A stretch of DNA of 64,000 nucleotides from the human T2T-CHM13v2.0 reference genome, Homo sapiens, in the NCBI RefSeq assembly GCF_009914755.1, contig NC_060938.1, one strand, 5' to 3'. Made by a program: the position numbers and the translations under genes. The first letter of the stretch is position 1. Each line of letters starts with the position of its first letter. Positions 1 through 13,800 of the stretch are shown here, piece by piece. The notes below the pieces were generated by a model. That model had not been told where the DNA came from, did not search any database, and saw only the letters and a list, made by a program, of their open reading frames with translations.

Positions 1-84
1 TAATATCTAAAAATAAGCATTCAGTAAATTTGTTTAATGACAGATTGTGCATGTAGTTTACTAAGTAACTAGAAGGCAGGTTGT

Positions 85-280
85 TAGAAAATATTCAAAA
101 CAAATATAGAGAAAAAATGGAAAAGTAAACAATAACAGCGTAAGAGACGTGGGATAACTAGAGTCTCAGAGAGAGCAGGAAGGGGGAATGGATAGAAGCA
201 ATATTTAAGGAGATTATAACTGAAAGACATTAACCCACAGATTCAAAAGGCTTAGTGATCCCCAAATAAGAAAACACAAA
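85..280 (+). mobile_element. Old L1 (L1M-type) ORF1-region fragment
   Basis: A-rich, with L1M ORF1-like motifs 'gaagcaatatttaaggagattataactgaaa' and 'aacccacagattcaaaaggc'. Confidence 0.55.
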
Positions 281-409
281 CTCGTTGAGTAGTGCCCTTC
301 TATGCTGTTTTTAGATCTAGACTTGGAGGAATAGAAACATATTTATTTAGGGGTATCAACCGCCTTTAGTTAGAAATTCTTGATAAATGTCAAGAGACTC
401 TATTCTCAC

Positions 410-554
410 CTTTTTCTGAAGGCACTTTGTACAGTGAAATCTTCCTATTTTGCCTTGCCTTTCCCTTTATATGGAATGATTCCTTTCATCTCCCTGCTGA
501 ATCTCTTTTTATCCTTCAAGACCTATTGGCATGGGATGCTTATTTCTGCTGCTT
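410..554 (-). ncRNA. Candidate exon 3 of a minus-strand spliced non-coding transcript (partly L2-like sequence)
   Basis: Acceptor cctcccctctacccaaacAG (AG = plus 555-556); donor AAG|GTGAGA (plus 404-409); 145 nt; only short ORFs. Confidence 0.35.
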
Positions 555-756
555 CTGTTTGGGTAGAGGGGAGGCCACTCCTACTATATTCACTAATTGG
601 GAATAGTATTGCAGAAACACTTCTGATTTTTCTCTCTTCCTCTTGGCTTCATCCCCTTATGGAAAAAGGCATGATTTCTTTCACTGGAGAGCTGGAGAAG
701 TCTAACAACCCCTCCCACATTCGTGCATCTCTATCAGGTGGGGCCAACATACTCAC

Positions 757-907
757 ACGTCTCCCATACGTGGTCTCCCCTTCCCTCCCGTTCTTGGGCT
801 CTATCTGTGCAAGGCAGTCCACACTCCTGCCTGCCACTGGCTGGGTAACAGTCTGCCCTGCACAGCCAGTTTCCTCTTGGCCTTCATATATGTGTAGTTC
901 CTTAGGT
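757..907 (-). ncRNA. Candidate exon 2 of minus-strand transcript
   Basis: Strong acceptor tctttctcacatttctctcatcatctAG (AG = plus 908-909); donor CGT|GTGAGT (plus 751-756); 151 nt. Confidence 0.45.
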
Positions 908-1011
908 CTAGATGATGAGAGAAATGTGAGAAAGACTTCTCTTTTTTTGACCCTTGGCCCAAGCCTTATCTTTGAATCCAGGTTCACATGCATACACTAT
1001 TTTAATCTTCA

Positions 1012-1368
<357 letters not shown>

Positions 1369-1439
1369 TCAGACACATTTCAAAAGTTGTATCTTCTAAG
1401 GATAATGTGCTTATCTCTTTGTGGAGCCCTTTATGATAG

Positions 1440-1597
1440 CACCATATTGTGGGGTAATTATTTCATAATCTAGACATCTCACCCACTAGGCTCAGGCTCC
1501 TTGAGAGCAGCGACCATGTCTTATTTTTGTTGCCTCACATCACCCAACATAGCACCCAGCACATCCTAGGTATTCAAGATTTGTTTAAGCAAGGAAT
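1440..1597 (+). mobile_element. L2 3' end fragment
   Basis: 'cccactagg..ctccttgagagcagcgaccatgtctt...agcacatcctaggtattcaa' resembles the L2 3' terminus. Confidence 0.6.
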
Positions 1598-2081
1598 TCT
1601 AGAATTGTACTGAATATCACTATGTGAGAATCACTAATGTTTGCAAATTATTCTGTACTCTGTAACTGTTTTCAATATCAGGTTCATCTTTGTTAATTCA
1701 GAATAACCAGGAGTGGGCTGTTTAAAAAGTTTAACTGTTTTAAACAAGACAAGCAGCACAACTATCTTCTCTAAATACCAATATTTTAAAATATTTTTAC
1801 CTTTTTCAATGTAAAATTTCAAACATACAGAAGTATATAATTTTATGATGTGTATATCTCTGCTCTTTGAAATAGAATATCTTGAGCATAATACAATCTT
1901 TCAAAGGACCATGGCTCAGGACTGGAATTCGGTTTCTATAGAACAGAAAACCCCCACATGGCTATTGAGATATAAGTTGCCTTGCACCTGCGTTAAGTGA
2001 TTGTTGTGATTTTCAAATTCAGGATTTTCTCTGTTCTCCCTTTCTTTTATCTGATACTCATCACATCTGCCAGGGGCTTAC

Positions 2082-2440
2082 CTCCAACAACCAGTTAGCT
2101 ACTTCTAGTTTTGCATTGGCTAGGAAATCAGGTAGCTAGGACTGGCATAACTATGTGTTAAAAAAGAGTAAAAAAGATTCCGAGTGAGAAACTCAGAATG
2201 GCTGAGCTTTGGAGTGTAGATCTCCCACGGCCACACTGATTGTCTACTCTGCTGGGTGAGATCCGTGTCTGTCACCCCCACACCGAGATCCCTCACAGGT
2301 GCTGGGGGCTGGGGGACGTGCACAAGAGAAAGGGAAAATCCTGGCTCTGAAGGAGGTGCAATTTTGTAAAGAGGTAACAAGCTTGGGGGGCGGGGAGGAG
2401 AGACAGTGAAAAGACAGCTGTTAAAACTACTTATGGGAGA
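2082..2440 (-). ncRNA. Candidate first exon of minus-strand transcript
   Basis: Starts about 25-30 nt downstream of a TATAAATA box; ends at donor GAG|GTAAGC (plus 2076-2081); unique sequence; only tiny ORFs. Confidence 0.4.
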
Positions 2441-2461
2441 CAAATCTGATTTGTTGTGCCG

Positions 2462-2469
2462 TATTTATA
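2462..2469 (-). promoter_or_regulatory. TATA box (TATAAATA), with adjacent TCF/LEF-like CTTTGAA at 2482-2488
   Basis: Minus strand reads gagctcatcTATAAATAcggc in non-repeat DNA upstream of a consensus splice donor. Confidence 0.45.
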
Positions 2470-3159
2470 GATGAGCTCACACTTTGAAGCAACTCTGAGT
2501 TAATTTACTTTAAACCTCTTAAATACAGTATGACAGTATAGTTTAGCACCCTGAACTGAGCAGTCAGCCTTCCTAGATTGAGGCTTTCATGTGTAAGGCT
2601 GGATTCAAAATGAAACTAGAGTCCTCTGGGGAATCTAACACAAAAGGAATTTGGTTTATTTTTCAAAGCAACACAATTTTTAACGGCGCTTACTGGGGAA
2701 ATAAATTATTACCTTGGAAATCACTTAGATTGTTGTGGCCAATATTACATATATACAGATGTTGACTCCACTCCCAAATGGGATCTTTATAGGCAGTTTC
2801 TGTCAACAGTGTTATACACAAAGCAGGAAAAGTAAGGGAATAATGTGTGAATCTTTATTTCTCTTTTGTATTTACATTGTAAAAGGTTTTGTTTTATATA
2901 AAATTGATGTAGTTTCCTTTAAACTTTTCTTTGTAATTTACACTTGGTAAGTGTAGCTAGGTGTGGTTTTACTGAATTGAGAGAAGTTATTCTGTTTGTC
3001 CTATGAAGGGTCACTTGCAAGTCTCTCTTAGCAAATATAAAGAAAGTTGGTCTCATTGGTCTAGAATTGAGAATAACAAGATTCTAGAGTGTTTTGGGGG
3101 GCCTAGAAAATGCTGCCTTTTCCCATGGTATGAAATGAATTGATGTACTAGTCGCTGTG

Positions 3160-3333
3160 ATTTCCTCCCTCCCTCCTTCCCTCCTTCCCTCCCTCCTTCC
3201 TTCCCTCCCTCCTTCCTTCCCTCCCTCCTTCCTTCCCTCCTTCCTTCCTTCCCTCCCTCCCTCCCTCATTCCTTCCCTCCCTCCCTCCCTCCTTCCTTCC
3301 CTCCCTCCCTTCTTTCCTTCCTTTTCTTCCTTT
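3160..3333. repeat. (CCTT/CCCT)n polypyrimidine microsatellite
   Basis: About 170 bp of almost pure C/T tetramer repeats. Confidence 0.97.
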
Positions 3334-3600
3334 TATTGTGATATAATTCACATACTATACAATTCACCCATTTAAAAAGTATATGATTCAATGGATTGTA
3401 CTATACTTACAGATATGTGCAGCCATCATCACCAGAGTAAGCTCTAAAACATTTTCATCACTTCAAAACAAACCAAGATCCCAAATCCTTTCTCTATTAT
3501 CTCCTTATCCCCCTACCCCTAAGCAACCACTAATCTATTTCCTCTATAGATTTGCCTATTCTGGATAGTTCATGTAAATGGAATTTTATAATATGTAATC
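3332..3600 (-). mobile_element. L1MB-type 3' end
   Basis: 'ttttattgtgatataattcacatactatacaattcacccattt...gcctattctggatagttcatgtaaatggaat' is typical antisense L1MB 3'UTR. Confidence 0.8.
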
Positions 3601-3602
3601 AT

Positions 3603-4033
3603 GCGCAACTTAGATGGATGGTTCTGGTTGAGGGTCTCCCATGAAGTTGCAGTCAAGATGTTTTCTGGGGGGTACAGTTATCTGACGACTTACTTGGAGC
3701 TGGAGGGTTTACTTCCAAGATGGCTCACTCACATGACTTTTGGAAAAAGACCTCAGTTCCCCACCATGTGGACTGCTCTATAAGGCTACTTGAGTGTCCT
3801 CACCATATGGCAGGACATATTGTCCTGCCATAACTCTGCCCAAAGCAAGTGAATAAGAGGAAATGAATACATTTTATGACCTAGTTCAGAAGTCAGACAT
3901 CATCACTTTCACCAGCATATTCTATTTCTTAGACATAAGTCACTACACCCATACTCAAGGGGAGAGGAATAGCCTCTACTCCTTGGAGGGAGGAGGACCA
4001 AAGAATATGTGGACCTTTTTAAAAACCACTACA
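3603..4033 (-). mobile_element. MLT1-family MaLR LTR (MLT1G/H-like)
   Basis: 'gaagttgcagtcaagatg', 'cttccaagatggctcactcacatg'; ends 'aaaaccactaca'. Confidence 0.75.
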
Positions 4034-4727
4034 GCAAGCTTGGGGAATAAAGATCAATTTTAAAGTGCCACTTCTTTATATCAGCAATGATTAACTAGAA
4101 AACAGAACAATAATAACACACTATTCACCATAGCATCAAAAAAAATGAATCTAAGAATTAACCAAGAATACCAAGTCTTCTATAAAAGATATAAAAAAGA
4201 TCTGATCAGTGGAGAGAGATTCCATGTTCTAGGATGGGACAGCATCATATTATGAACATGTCATTATCTCCTCACTCCAACTATCGAAACATTTAATGGT
4301 CTGACAACGAAGATCCAATTTGAACTTTTTGAGGATTTTGTGTTAAGCTTTATGTTAAAATTTATATGAAAAAACTCAAAGTCTAGAAATAGCTAAGAAA
4401 ATTTTAATCAGTATAAAGAGGGGCACTTGTCCTATCAAATATAAAGTACGTCACAGGGCTATAATCAAAACAAAAAAAAGAGTGTGATAATGGTATGAGA
4501 ACAGTCAAATGGGCTGATGGAACAGAAGAAAAAGTTCAGAAAGAAAGACCCAAATATATAATTGAGAAATTACTATAAGATAACTGGGATGCCACAAATT
4601 AACGAGGACTCATTAGTTTGTCTGACAAATGGTGCTGAGAAAAATGACCCCTACATGGTGAAAAACACAATTAGTTGCTTACCTAACATGACATAAAAAT
4701 ATGGATTCAAAATGGATAAAAGAGCTA

Positions 4728-5029
<302 letters not shown>

Positions 5030-5308
5030 CTAAATATAAAATATAAAGAACTAAATATTAAAAATAAATAAAAAGAACTAAATATTAAAAAGTTTAATAT
5101 GAACTAAATATAAAAGGTTAAACTATGTAGGTAATAGGGAAAATATAGATAATATTGTTTTGAACTAAGCATAAACCTTAAAACAAAAATTATATTTGTT
5201 TAAATCATAATTATTTCTTTTTAACAAAATAAAGCATGAACACCTTTTGATAGAATGAAAGAAGGTGTTTGCAATGTTGAAAACTGAAAAGCAGATTGAA
5301 ATCTAGAA

Positions 5309-5430
5309 CAATGGTTCTCAAACTTCAATAGGCATTTGAGGATTTTGTTATCATCCTGATCTGATTCAATGGGTCTGGAAGGGAGCCATGGATTCTACAT
5401 TTCTAACAAGCTCCCAGCTGAGTAGCAAGA
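5309..5430. mobile_element. MER5A-like hAT fragment
   Basis: 'caatggttctcaaactt' TIR and 'catttctaacaagctcccag'. Confidence 0.7.
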
Positions 5431-7018
5431 ATTTAGAATATATAACAAACTTCCCAAATCATTAGGAAATGACAGAAACTCCAATAGAAAAATGGACAAA
5501 GGTCATGAGCTCATGAGTTATACACAGGAAAACTCAAAAGGCCACCAAACATATGAAAAGACGCTCAAGCTCATTGATTATCAGATACAGAAAAATTAAA
5601 ACACAAGATAATTATTTTACAGATATCAGAGTGTCAAAGATTAAAAAGCTTGATAATTATAATTATTGGCATAGATTTGGGGAATACAGAAAACATTCAT
5701 GAACTGCTTGTGGGAGAGTGGACTAGAATAGCCATTTTGCAGAGCAGTCCAGCACTGTTTGGCAAAAGTAAATATATTCATATCATATGTACAGCCATTC
5801 TAGACCTGGTTATATTTTCCAAAAAATTTCTCACCTGAATTCATAGGAGACATAATTATTTATAAAGATGTTTACTAGAGTATAATTTATGGTGCAAGGA
5901 TTTAGAGGCTCTCCGGAGGTCCAAAGCTGAGAAAAAATGGATAGATGTCTGCCTTAGAATATGTCCCATGCTTTTGAATCAAAAGACTTAATGTTGTTAA
6001 GATAACAATACTCATCTAATTGACCTACAAATTCAACACAATCCCTATCAAAATCCCTTTTAATTACCTTCTCTGTAGAAATTGACAAGCTAATCCTAAA
6101 ATTCATATGGTGATGCAAAGGGCCGAAAATAGCCAGTTGTGTTGGACATGGGACTTTTGGCATAGTGGAATGAGGAGCTTGTAAATCTAACAGCTAATAT
6201 CTTAATGATGAAACACTGAATGTTTTTTTCCTAAAATGACGAAGAAAACAAGGATTTTTTCACTTCTGTTCAACATTGTCCTGAAGGTTGTATTCAGGGT
6301 AATTAGGCATGCAAAAGATGTAAATGGCTTCCATACTGGAAATGAAGAAATAAACCATCTCTATTGGCAGATGACATGATCTTATATATAGAAAATCTTC
6401 AATAATCCACTTAAAAATTACTGTAACTAATAAGCAAGTTCTGCAAGGTTTCAGGATATAAGGTCAACATAAAAATAAATTGTATTTTTATGCACTTGCA
6501 TTTGCCATTCCCCAAACAAAATTAAGAATACAATGCCATTTATCATAGCATCAAAAAGAATGAAATACTTCATTCTTTTGTGAGAAATAAATTTCACAAA
6601 AGGAGTATAAAGCTTATACTCTATAAACCACCAACCATTGTGGAAAGAAATTAAAAGACCCAAATAAATGGAAAGACATTCCATGTTCATGGATGAGCAG
6701 ATTTAATATTATTAAAATGCCCATACTCTTTAAATTGATCTACAGATTCAATGCAACCCCTATTAAAATCCCAGCTAGTTATTTTGCAGAAATTGACAAA
6801 TTGATTCTAAGATTTGTATAAAAAATCAAGAGACCCAAAATACCCAAAGAATCTTGAAAAAGAAGAATGAAGTTGGAAAGTCCCTGATTTTAAAACTTAC
6901 TACAAAGCTATAGTAATCAGGACAATGAAGTACTGATCAAGATAGACATAGATGGCAAGAGAATATAATTGAGAGATAAACTGTCAAATTTATAGTCAAT
7001 TTTGTTTCGACAAGAGTG

Positions 7019-7120
7019 CCAAGAAGTCAGCAGCCTTTTCAATAAAGATTAAAGTGGATATTCACATGTCCAAGAAGTCAGTAGCCTTTTCAATAAAGAC
7101 TAAACTAGATATTCACATGT
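7019..7120. repeat. 51-bp tandem duplication within L1
   Basis: 7019-7069 vs 7070-7120, 47/51 identical. Confidence 0.92.
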
Positions 7121-7317
7121 AAAATAATAAATTAGGACCCCTGCCTCATACCATATACAAAACTCCAAATGGAATAAAGATCTGAATGGAAGAGCTAAAA
7201 CTGTAAAATTCATAGAAGAAAACATAGGCATAAATCCTTGTGTCCTTGGATTAGGCAATCATTTTTCAGATATGACACCCAAAACATAAGTAACAAAAGA
7301 AAAAACAAATATATTGA

Positions 7318-7673
<356 letters not shown>

Positions 7674-9047
7674 TTCTCTATTCTTATTAATAGGTAAGTC
7701 CTTTATTCTTCTGTATGAGGATTCAACATTATTCTTGGGCAGGCCCCATGCAGTTTTATATATACTGATAACTTCATAGAAGAGTCTGGCTTCTCATCTT
7801 AACTTCTTCCCCTGACTTTAGGAAGCTCAGCCAGCTACACTTCTCTCTTGCTGACCCCAGTCCTGGAAGAAAACAAGTTATTTTTAGCTTCCCTCCCTTT
7901 CTGAATGCAGTTTGGAAGTTGCCCCTTTTCTTAAACCTCCTCCCGCCTGGAACTGGTTTCTCTCTTGGCTGCTTCTCGCCAAGCCTAGACTCTCATAAGT
8001 TTTCTTTCCCTTGAGCGCTGTATCTGAGGCCAGATCCACCTTTGGATTAATTCCAAGTACCTTCTGCTTAATAATTAGCCCTTACCATCTCTGACAGACA
8101 AGGGGAAGAATCTCACATTGGTCCAACCCTGTCCCCAGATGTCTGGCTAGAGTCACATCTCCTGCCCCAGCCCAGAAGGGCTACCTTGTGCTTTCCAACA
8201 CTGTTTGTTGCCCACAAATACATTTCTTACCCATTAATAATTTGCAGACTCTCTCTCACCTCTCTTATTGTTTATATGGATTTGTTCTTACCTGCAACTA
8301 GACATACATTTCTAACACCCCAGAACCAGAGAGTTACTCATCACAGCAGGCTGAAAACCCCAGATCTGTTCTTGGAGCCACCGCACCCAGCCTCTGACTT
8401 TGCTTTGACCTTTTGGGGATGATTTACCTGGGTGACAGGAGGGAGTAGGTTGATATCAATCATTTAGATGCAAAAAACCAAACAAACCAACACAAAACCA
8501 CTGCTAACCTGAGGCACTGGAGAACTCTAATGAAAATCTCTTTAAAGAGAATTATGAAAGGCAGTGATTATCTTGCTAAGTAAAATCCCTATTTACATTG
8601 TCTTCCACAGTAGAAAAAGTTTTCTCTGAATAGGCCAACATCCTTTACATTTCATTTGGATGAAAAAACATTAGAATATATAAGATAAATGAGTAAAAAT
8701 GGCTCTTCTAATTAATTTATTTATTTGACACTGAGAATAATAGCTTCCAATACAAGTAATACTATGCGATGTCTTGAGCCTATGGAGTTAGACATTCGGT
8801 TATATGATTATCAGTGTTTATTTGCATTCCCCTTTGTGTGTTCAAATCTTAATTTTATAGATTATGTTACATTTAGAGATTTATATCATATTATTTTTAA
8901 TGCAAATGTAAAGAAGCACAGTGTAATTAAGCCATGAGGGATTCTTTATGGACTGACAACAATGGATCCTGTGCTCCAGGATCACAAAGTCCTAAAGACA
9001 AATGGTGGGGCTGAGCAAGCTAAGCCCTGTTAAAGACATGAGCTCTC

Positions 9048-10123
<1,076 letters not shown>

Positions 10124-11420
10124 GGACAAGAGCTCTCTTTCTACCTAAGGAAAATTTGGGGGCCATGTAGTAGCCTTGCAGCCAAATCAAACAACTTTGG
10201 ATTTCTTCCTGTTCATGTCCTAAGCCTCCTAATTATTTCTCATCCCGGGAAGGAAAGGGAAATTAGATGTTCTTCTCAGGAGGAAGCTGGAATGTGATCT
10301 TCAGCCCAAGTTAGCTGTGAGAGGGGATTCTGCGGTGATTAGAAGAAGATAGGGAAGGGCAAGGCAGCCAGGCCAACAGCCCACCCTCAGCCTGGAGGCC
10401 ACCTCAGGCCTGAGGCTCAGGGAGCTGATGACCGAAGAGAAGAGGTGGAGCGCTGGGTTCCTGCAAGATCTAGACGTGGCTTGGAAACAGCAGCATCTCC
10501 GGTGGAGGACAGAAAGACAGCATATGTGGGGCCAGCTTTGAACCCAGCAGCCAGGACCCCAGAGAGCACAATAAAGATGAGCTTTACTGGGTGCCTCAGA
10601 GATGGATGCAGGAAGTGAGGAGGCAGAGCAGATGCGGCTCCCTGGAGGAGGGGCTGGAGATTTGCGAGCCTGCCGGCAGCAGGGAGAAACATCCTAGTCA
10701 CAATAAAAAGCAGGTGGAGAGGCCCTTGACAAAAGGGCAGTGGAGCTGTATTTTTGGATTTCCAGAAGCTCCTTTGACATGCAAGGGCAGTGGGGTGTGA
10801 TTTTGATGTTGACTCGTATGTTAATTCCCAGGAACCCCTCTTTGTCCTGTCTTTTCTAAGAACATCGGCATCAGTCAGACGTTTGTTCTCAGGGGAGAGA
10901 TTTTGGAATACAGTACAAACGGCAAAATAAAAACCCCACCTGTTTCTTGGATTTTAAATTTCCAAACAGACTTTTACATTTCCACCTGGGAGGAAAACTG
11001 GCTTCAATACCAAAGCCAAAGTCTGCGCCATACACAGCAGGCCTGGAAGGAACCTGGTGCTGTAACTGCCATGACTCCGGCCCTAAGTTTGTTCAGGATT
11101 CTGCAGGCAGAGGAGAGCTGGGGGAAATGACAGCCCAGGTGCTGGAGTGTGGCCCTGTGTTCTCCCTCATACCCCACTTCTCTGGGGGCTGAGTCTGGGG
11201 GACAGATCCTCTTTAAGTTCAGGAATCCAGGGGGAGAAGAGACATGTACTTCTGGTCCATCTGGTACTCTGTGAGCCTCATAGATGTGATGAGAAGGCAG
11301 GCAAAGGTGAGAAGGTGGCAGGGTAGGGAGGGCTTAATGCTGGCCAGCCCTGAGTCCCCTTGGCCCACAGAGGCCAGGGCAGGCAGCCAAACCTGCAGGA
11401 TGTACTTGAGAAGGTACAGA

Positions 11421-11983
11421 TGAGAAAGGAGAAAGGAAGAAACCAGACAGGCAGGCAGTTAGGGTGGGTCCTTGGCTGAGTTATTTCAAACAAAAGAACA
11501 GCCTGCAGGCACAGATAAGGGAAATTGCACAGGGGGGCTTGTCTAAGACATGCTCACAGCCGCACAGATAAGAAAGGCTACACAGGTGACTTGCCCAGAC
11601 ATGCCCTCAGTGGAAAATTCCATCCCCTGAGACATGTGCAGTAAGAGGAACAAAGCAATATGGAGTAACTCAAGCTAAAGGTCTGCATGAGCACTAGGAG
11701 GATGGGGTGGAGCTACCAGAAATGTGTGCCTTATGCAAATAAAATACCCAGCCCTCATCAATTTCTTATAAAGCCTTTGCATTCAACTGTAAAAACAGCA
11801 ACCCTCTTCCAGGTCTCTTCTTCGCAGCAGAGAAATTTCTTCTTTTGCTTTTTAAACTTTGCTCCAACCTCACCCTTGGCGTCCATGCTCCTTAACTTTC
11901 TTGGTCATGAGACAAAGAACTCTGGATACTACCTCAGGCAATGACAGACTGCTACATTGTGGTGCATTGGCGAGACTGTAACA
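11421..11983 (+). mobile_element. Solo ERV1 LTR, MER61 family
   Basis: TG...CA termini, perfect 4-bp TSD caga (11417-11420 / 11984-11987), start tgagaaaggagaaaggaagaaacc, internal p53 half-site pairs. Confidence 0.8.
11535..11606. promoter_or_regulatory. Two p53 response elements
   Basis: GGGCTTGTCT-a-AGACATGCTC (11535-11555, 20/20 to RRRCWWGYYY x2, 1-bp spacer); TGACTTGCCC-AGACATGCCC (11587-11606, 19/20, no spacer). Confidence 0.8.
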
Positions 11984-12321
11984 CAGACATGAGCCTTGGT
12001 GTGGGAGAGAAAGGTGGATTCACAGCTAGCAATAGAAATGGGAATGGTCAGACACCTGAAGTTGGTCTTCTGTGCAGGATTCTGAGTGTGGAGGACAAAA
12101 GATGAAAACCCTTTGGGATTGATGGTTTTCCACATGCTTCTCCTGGAATCCGGAGTTCCAGATGTTTATTTGTTCACCTGTTTGTTATTGGCTTGGTTAT
12201 TATTTCAATCATTCATTTCTATTGATTTCAGCACCTACTATATTTCTAGAGTTTCAATCTTCTATTTGCTACCAAGCTAGCTCTTTCTAGCTTTAAGAGA
12301 TGCTCCCTTGTCTCATCCTGG

Positions 12322-12758
12322 TGTGAAAGGAAAATAAATCTTGGCCCCCCCAAATCACTAAGATAAAGGGAAAATTCAAGCTGGGAACCTGCCTCCCATT
12401 CTATTCAAAGTCACCCCTCTGCTCACTGAGATAAATGCATATCTGGTTGCCTTCTTTGGAGAGGCTAATCAGAAACTCAAAAGAATGCAACTGTTTGTCT
12501 CTCACCTATCTATGACCTGGAAGCCCCCTTCCTGCTTCGAGTTGTCCTGCCTTTCCAGACTGAACCAATGTTCATCTTTCATATCTTGATTGATGTTTCA
12601 TGTCTCCCTAAAATGTATAAAACCAAACTGTGCTCTGACCACCTTGGGCACACATCGTCAGGACCTCCTGAGGCTGTGTCACAGGCGTGCATCCTCAACC
12701 TTGGCAAAATAAACTTTCTAAATTAACTGAGACCTGTCTCGGATATTTGGGGTTCACA
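12322..12758 (+). mobile_element. Solo MER4A-type ERV1 LTR
   Basis: tgtgaaaggaaaataaatcttgg...ggggttcaca; perfect TSD ctgg. Confidence 0.88.
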
Positions 12759-13492
12759 CTGGAAAGTGGGGATCAGGTCTGAGTGGTCCTACCCATATGC
12801 TTCCCTGTTTTTGGATAACCTGGTCATACTCACTTTCAAATGGAAAGGTGAAGATTTGAGAAATTTCAAACCATGGAAGAAGAACCTTTGTGTGGACATT
12901 TTGAAGAGAAGGGAAACGTATGTTATCTCTCTTTAGAGGTTTCTACAGCTGTGAAGTTACTTATGAAAAGATGTGAAGGCACATCTAATTTTCTGAAGTC
13001 AAAGACATTTAAATTCTTACCTTTCAGACAAATGGACATTTAACTCCTTTATGGATCTCAAGGTCACAAGGGCTCAGAGAAAACTTCCAACTTCCTTTTA
13101 ACTACGAGTTCCTTGACTTTTCTTAAGCTTCTTGGTCCTGAGCCTTTTGAGCAAATAAGGCAATGGCTGTGTCCCAAGCATATCTAAGAAATAAAGACTT
13201 CACACATGGGGACTCAGGAAGAGCCATAGAAATGTAAGCAAAGTAGCAGTTCCCTGAGGCTGTTGAGAGCTGCTTTCTTCAAGCTCCTTTTATTCTTAGG
13301 CTTCTCCAGGGGAAGGATGGGCAGTAAGCAGATTTATAGACCATACCTTAGGTGGATAATCAACCTGACATTGTCAGAAAAATCTATTAACATAGCAGTA
13401 CACACTGCAGACATTTCTACCTCCCACTTGTAGAATACAATACAAGGTTATTTTCTACACAAAGAAGAGTATATCATTTTCAATATTTCTTT

Positions 13493-13800
13493 TCTTTTTT
13501 CTTTTTTTTTTTTTTTTTGAGACAGAGTCTCGCTGTGTTGTCCAGGTTGGAGTGCGGTGGCTCCATCTCAGCTCACTGCAAACTCCGCCTCCTGGGTTAA
13601 AGTGATTCTTCTACCTCAGTCTCCTGAGTAGCTGGGATTACTAGCGTGTGCCACCATGCCCAGCTAATATTTATATTTTTAGTAGAGATAGGGTTTCACC
13701 ATGTTGGCCAGGCTGGTCTCGAACTCCTGACCTCAAATGATCCGCCCTCCTCGGCCTCCCAAAGTGCTGGGATTACAGGTGTGACCCACCGTGCCTGGCC
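13493..13800 (-). mobile_element. AluS
   Basis: Full antisense Alu with T-tract. Confidence 0.97.

Noticed and set aside
649-993. 114-aa minus-strand ORF
   Set aside because: Runs through the predicted acceptor and donor of exon 2; no recognisable homology
2464-2478. 15-mer gagctcatctataaa shared between the candidate TATA region (minus) and the MER50-like LTR TATA (20803-20817)
   Set aside because: No homology beyond 15 nt; a few exact 15-mer matches are expected by chance in 64 kb on two strands
2749-2818. Possible hairpin (tgttgac...gtcaaca) suggesting a pre-miRNA
   Set aside because: Stem is short and the interior pairs poorly
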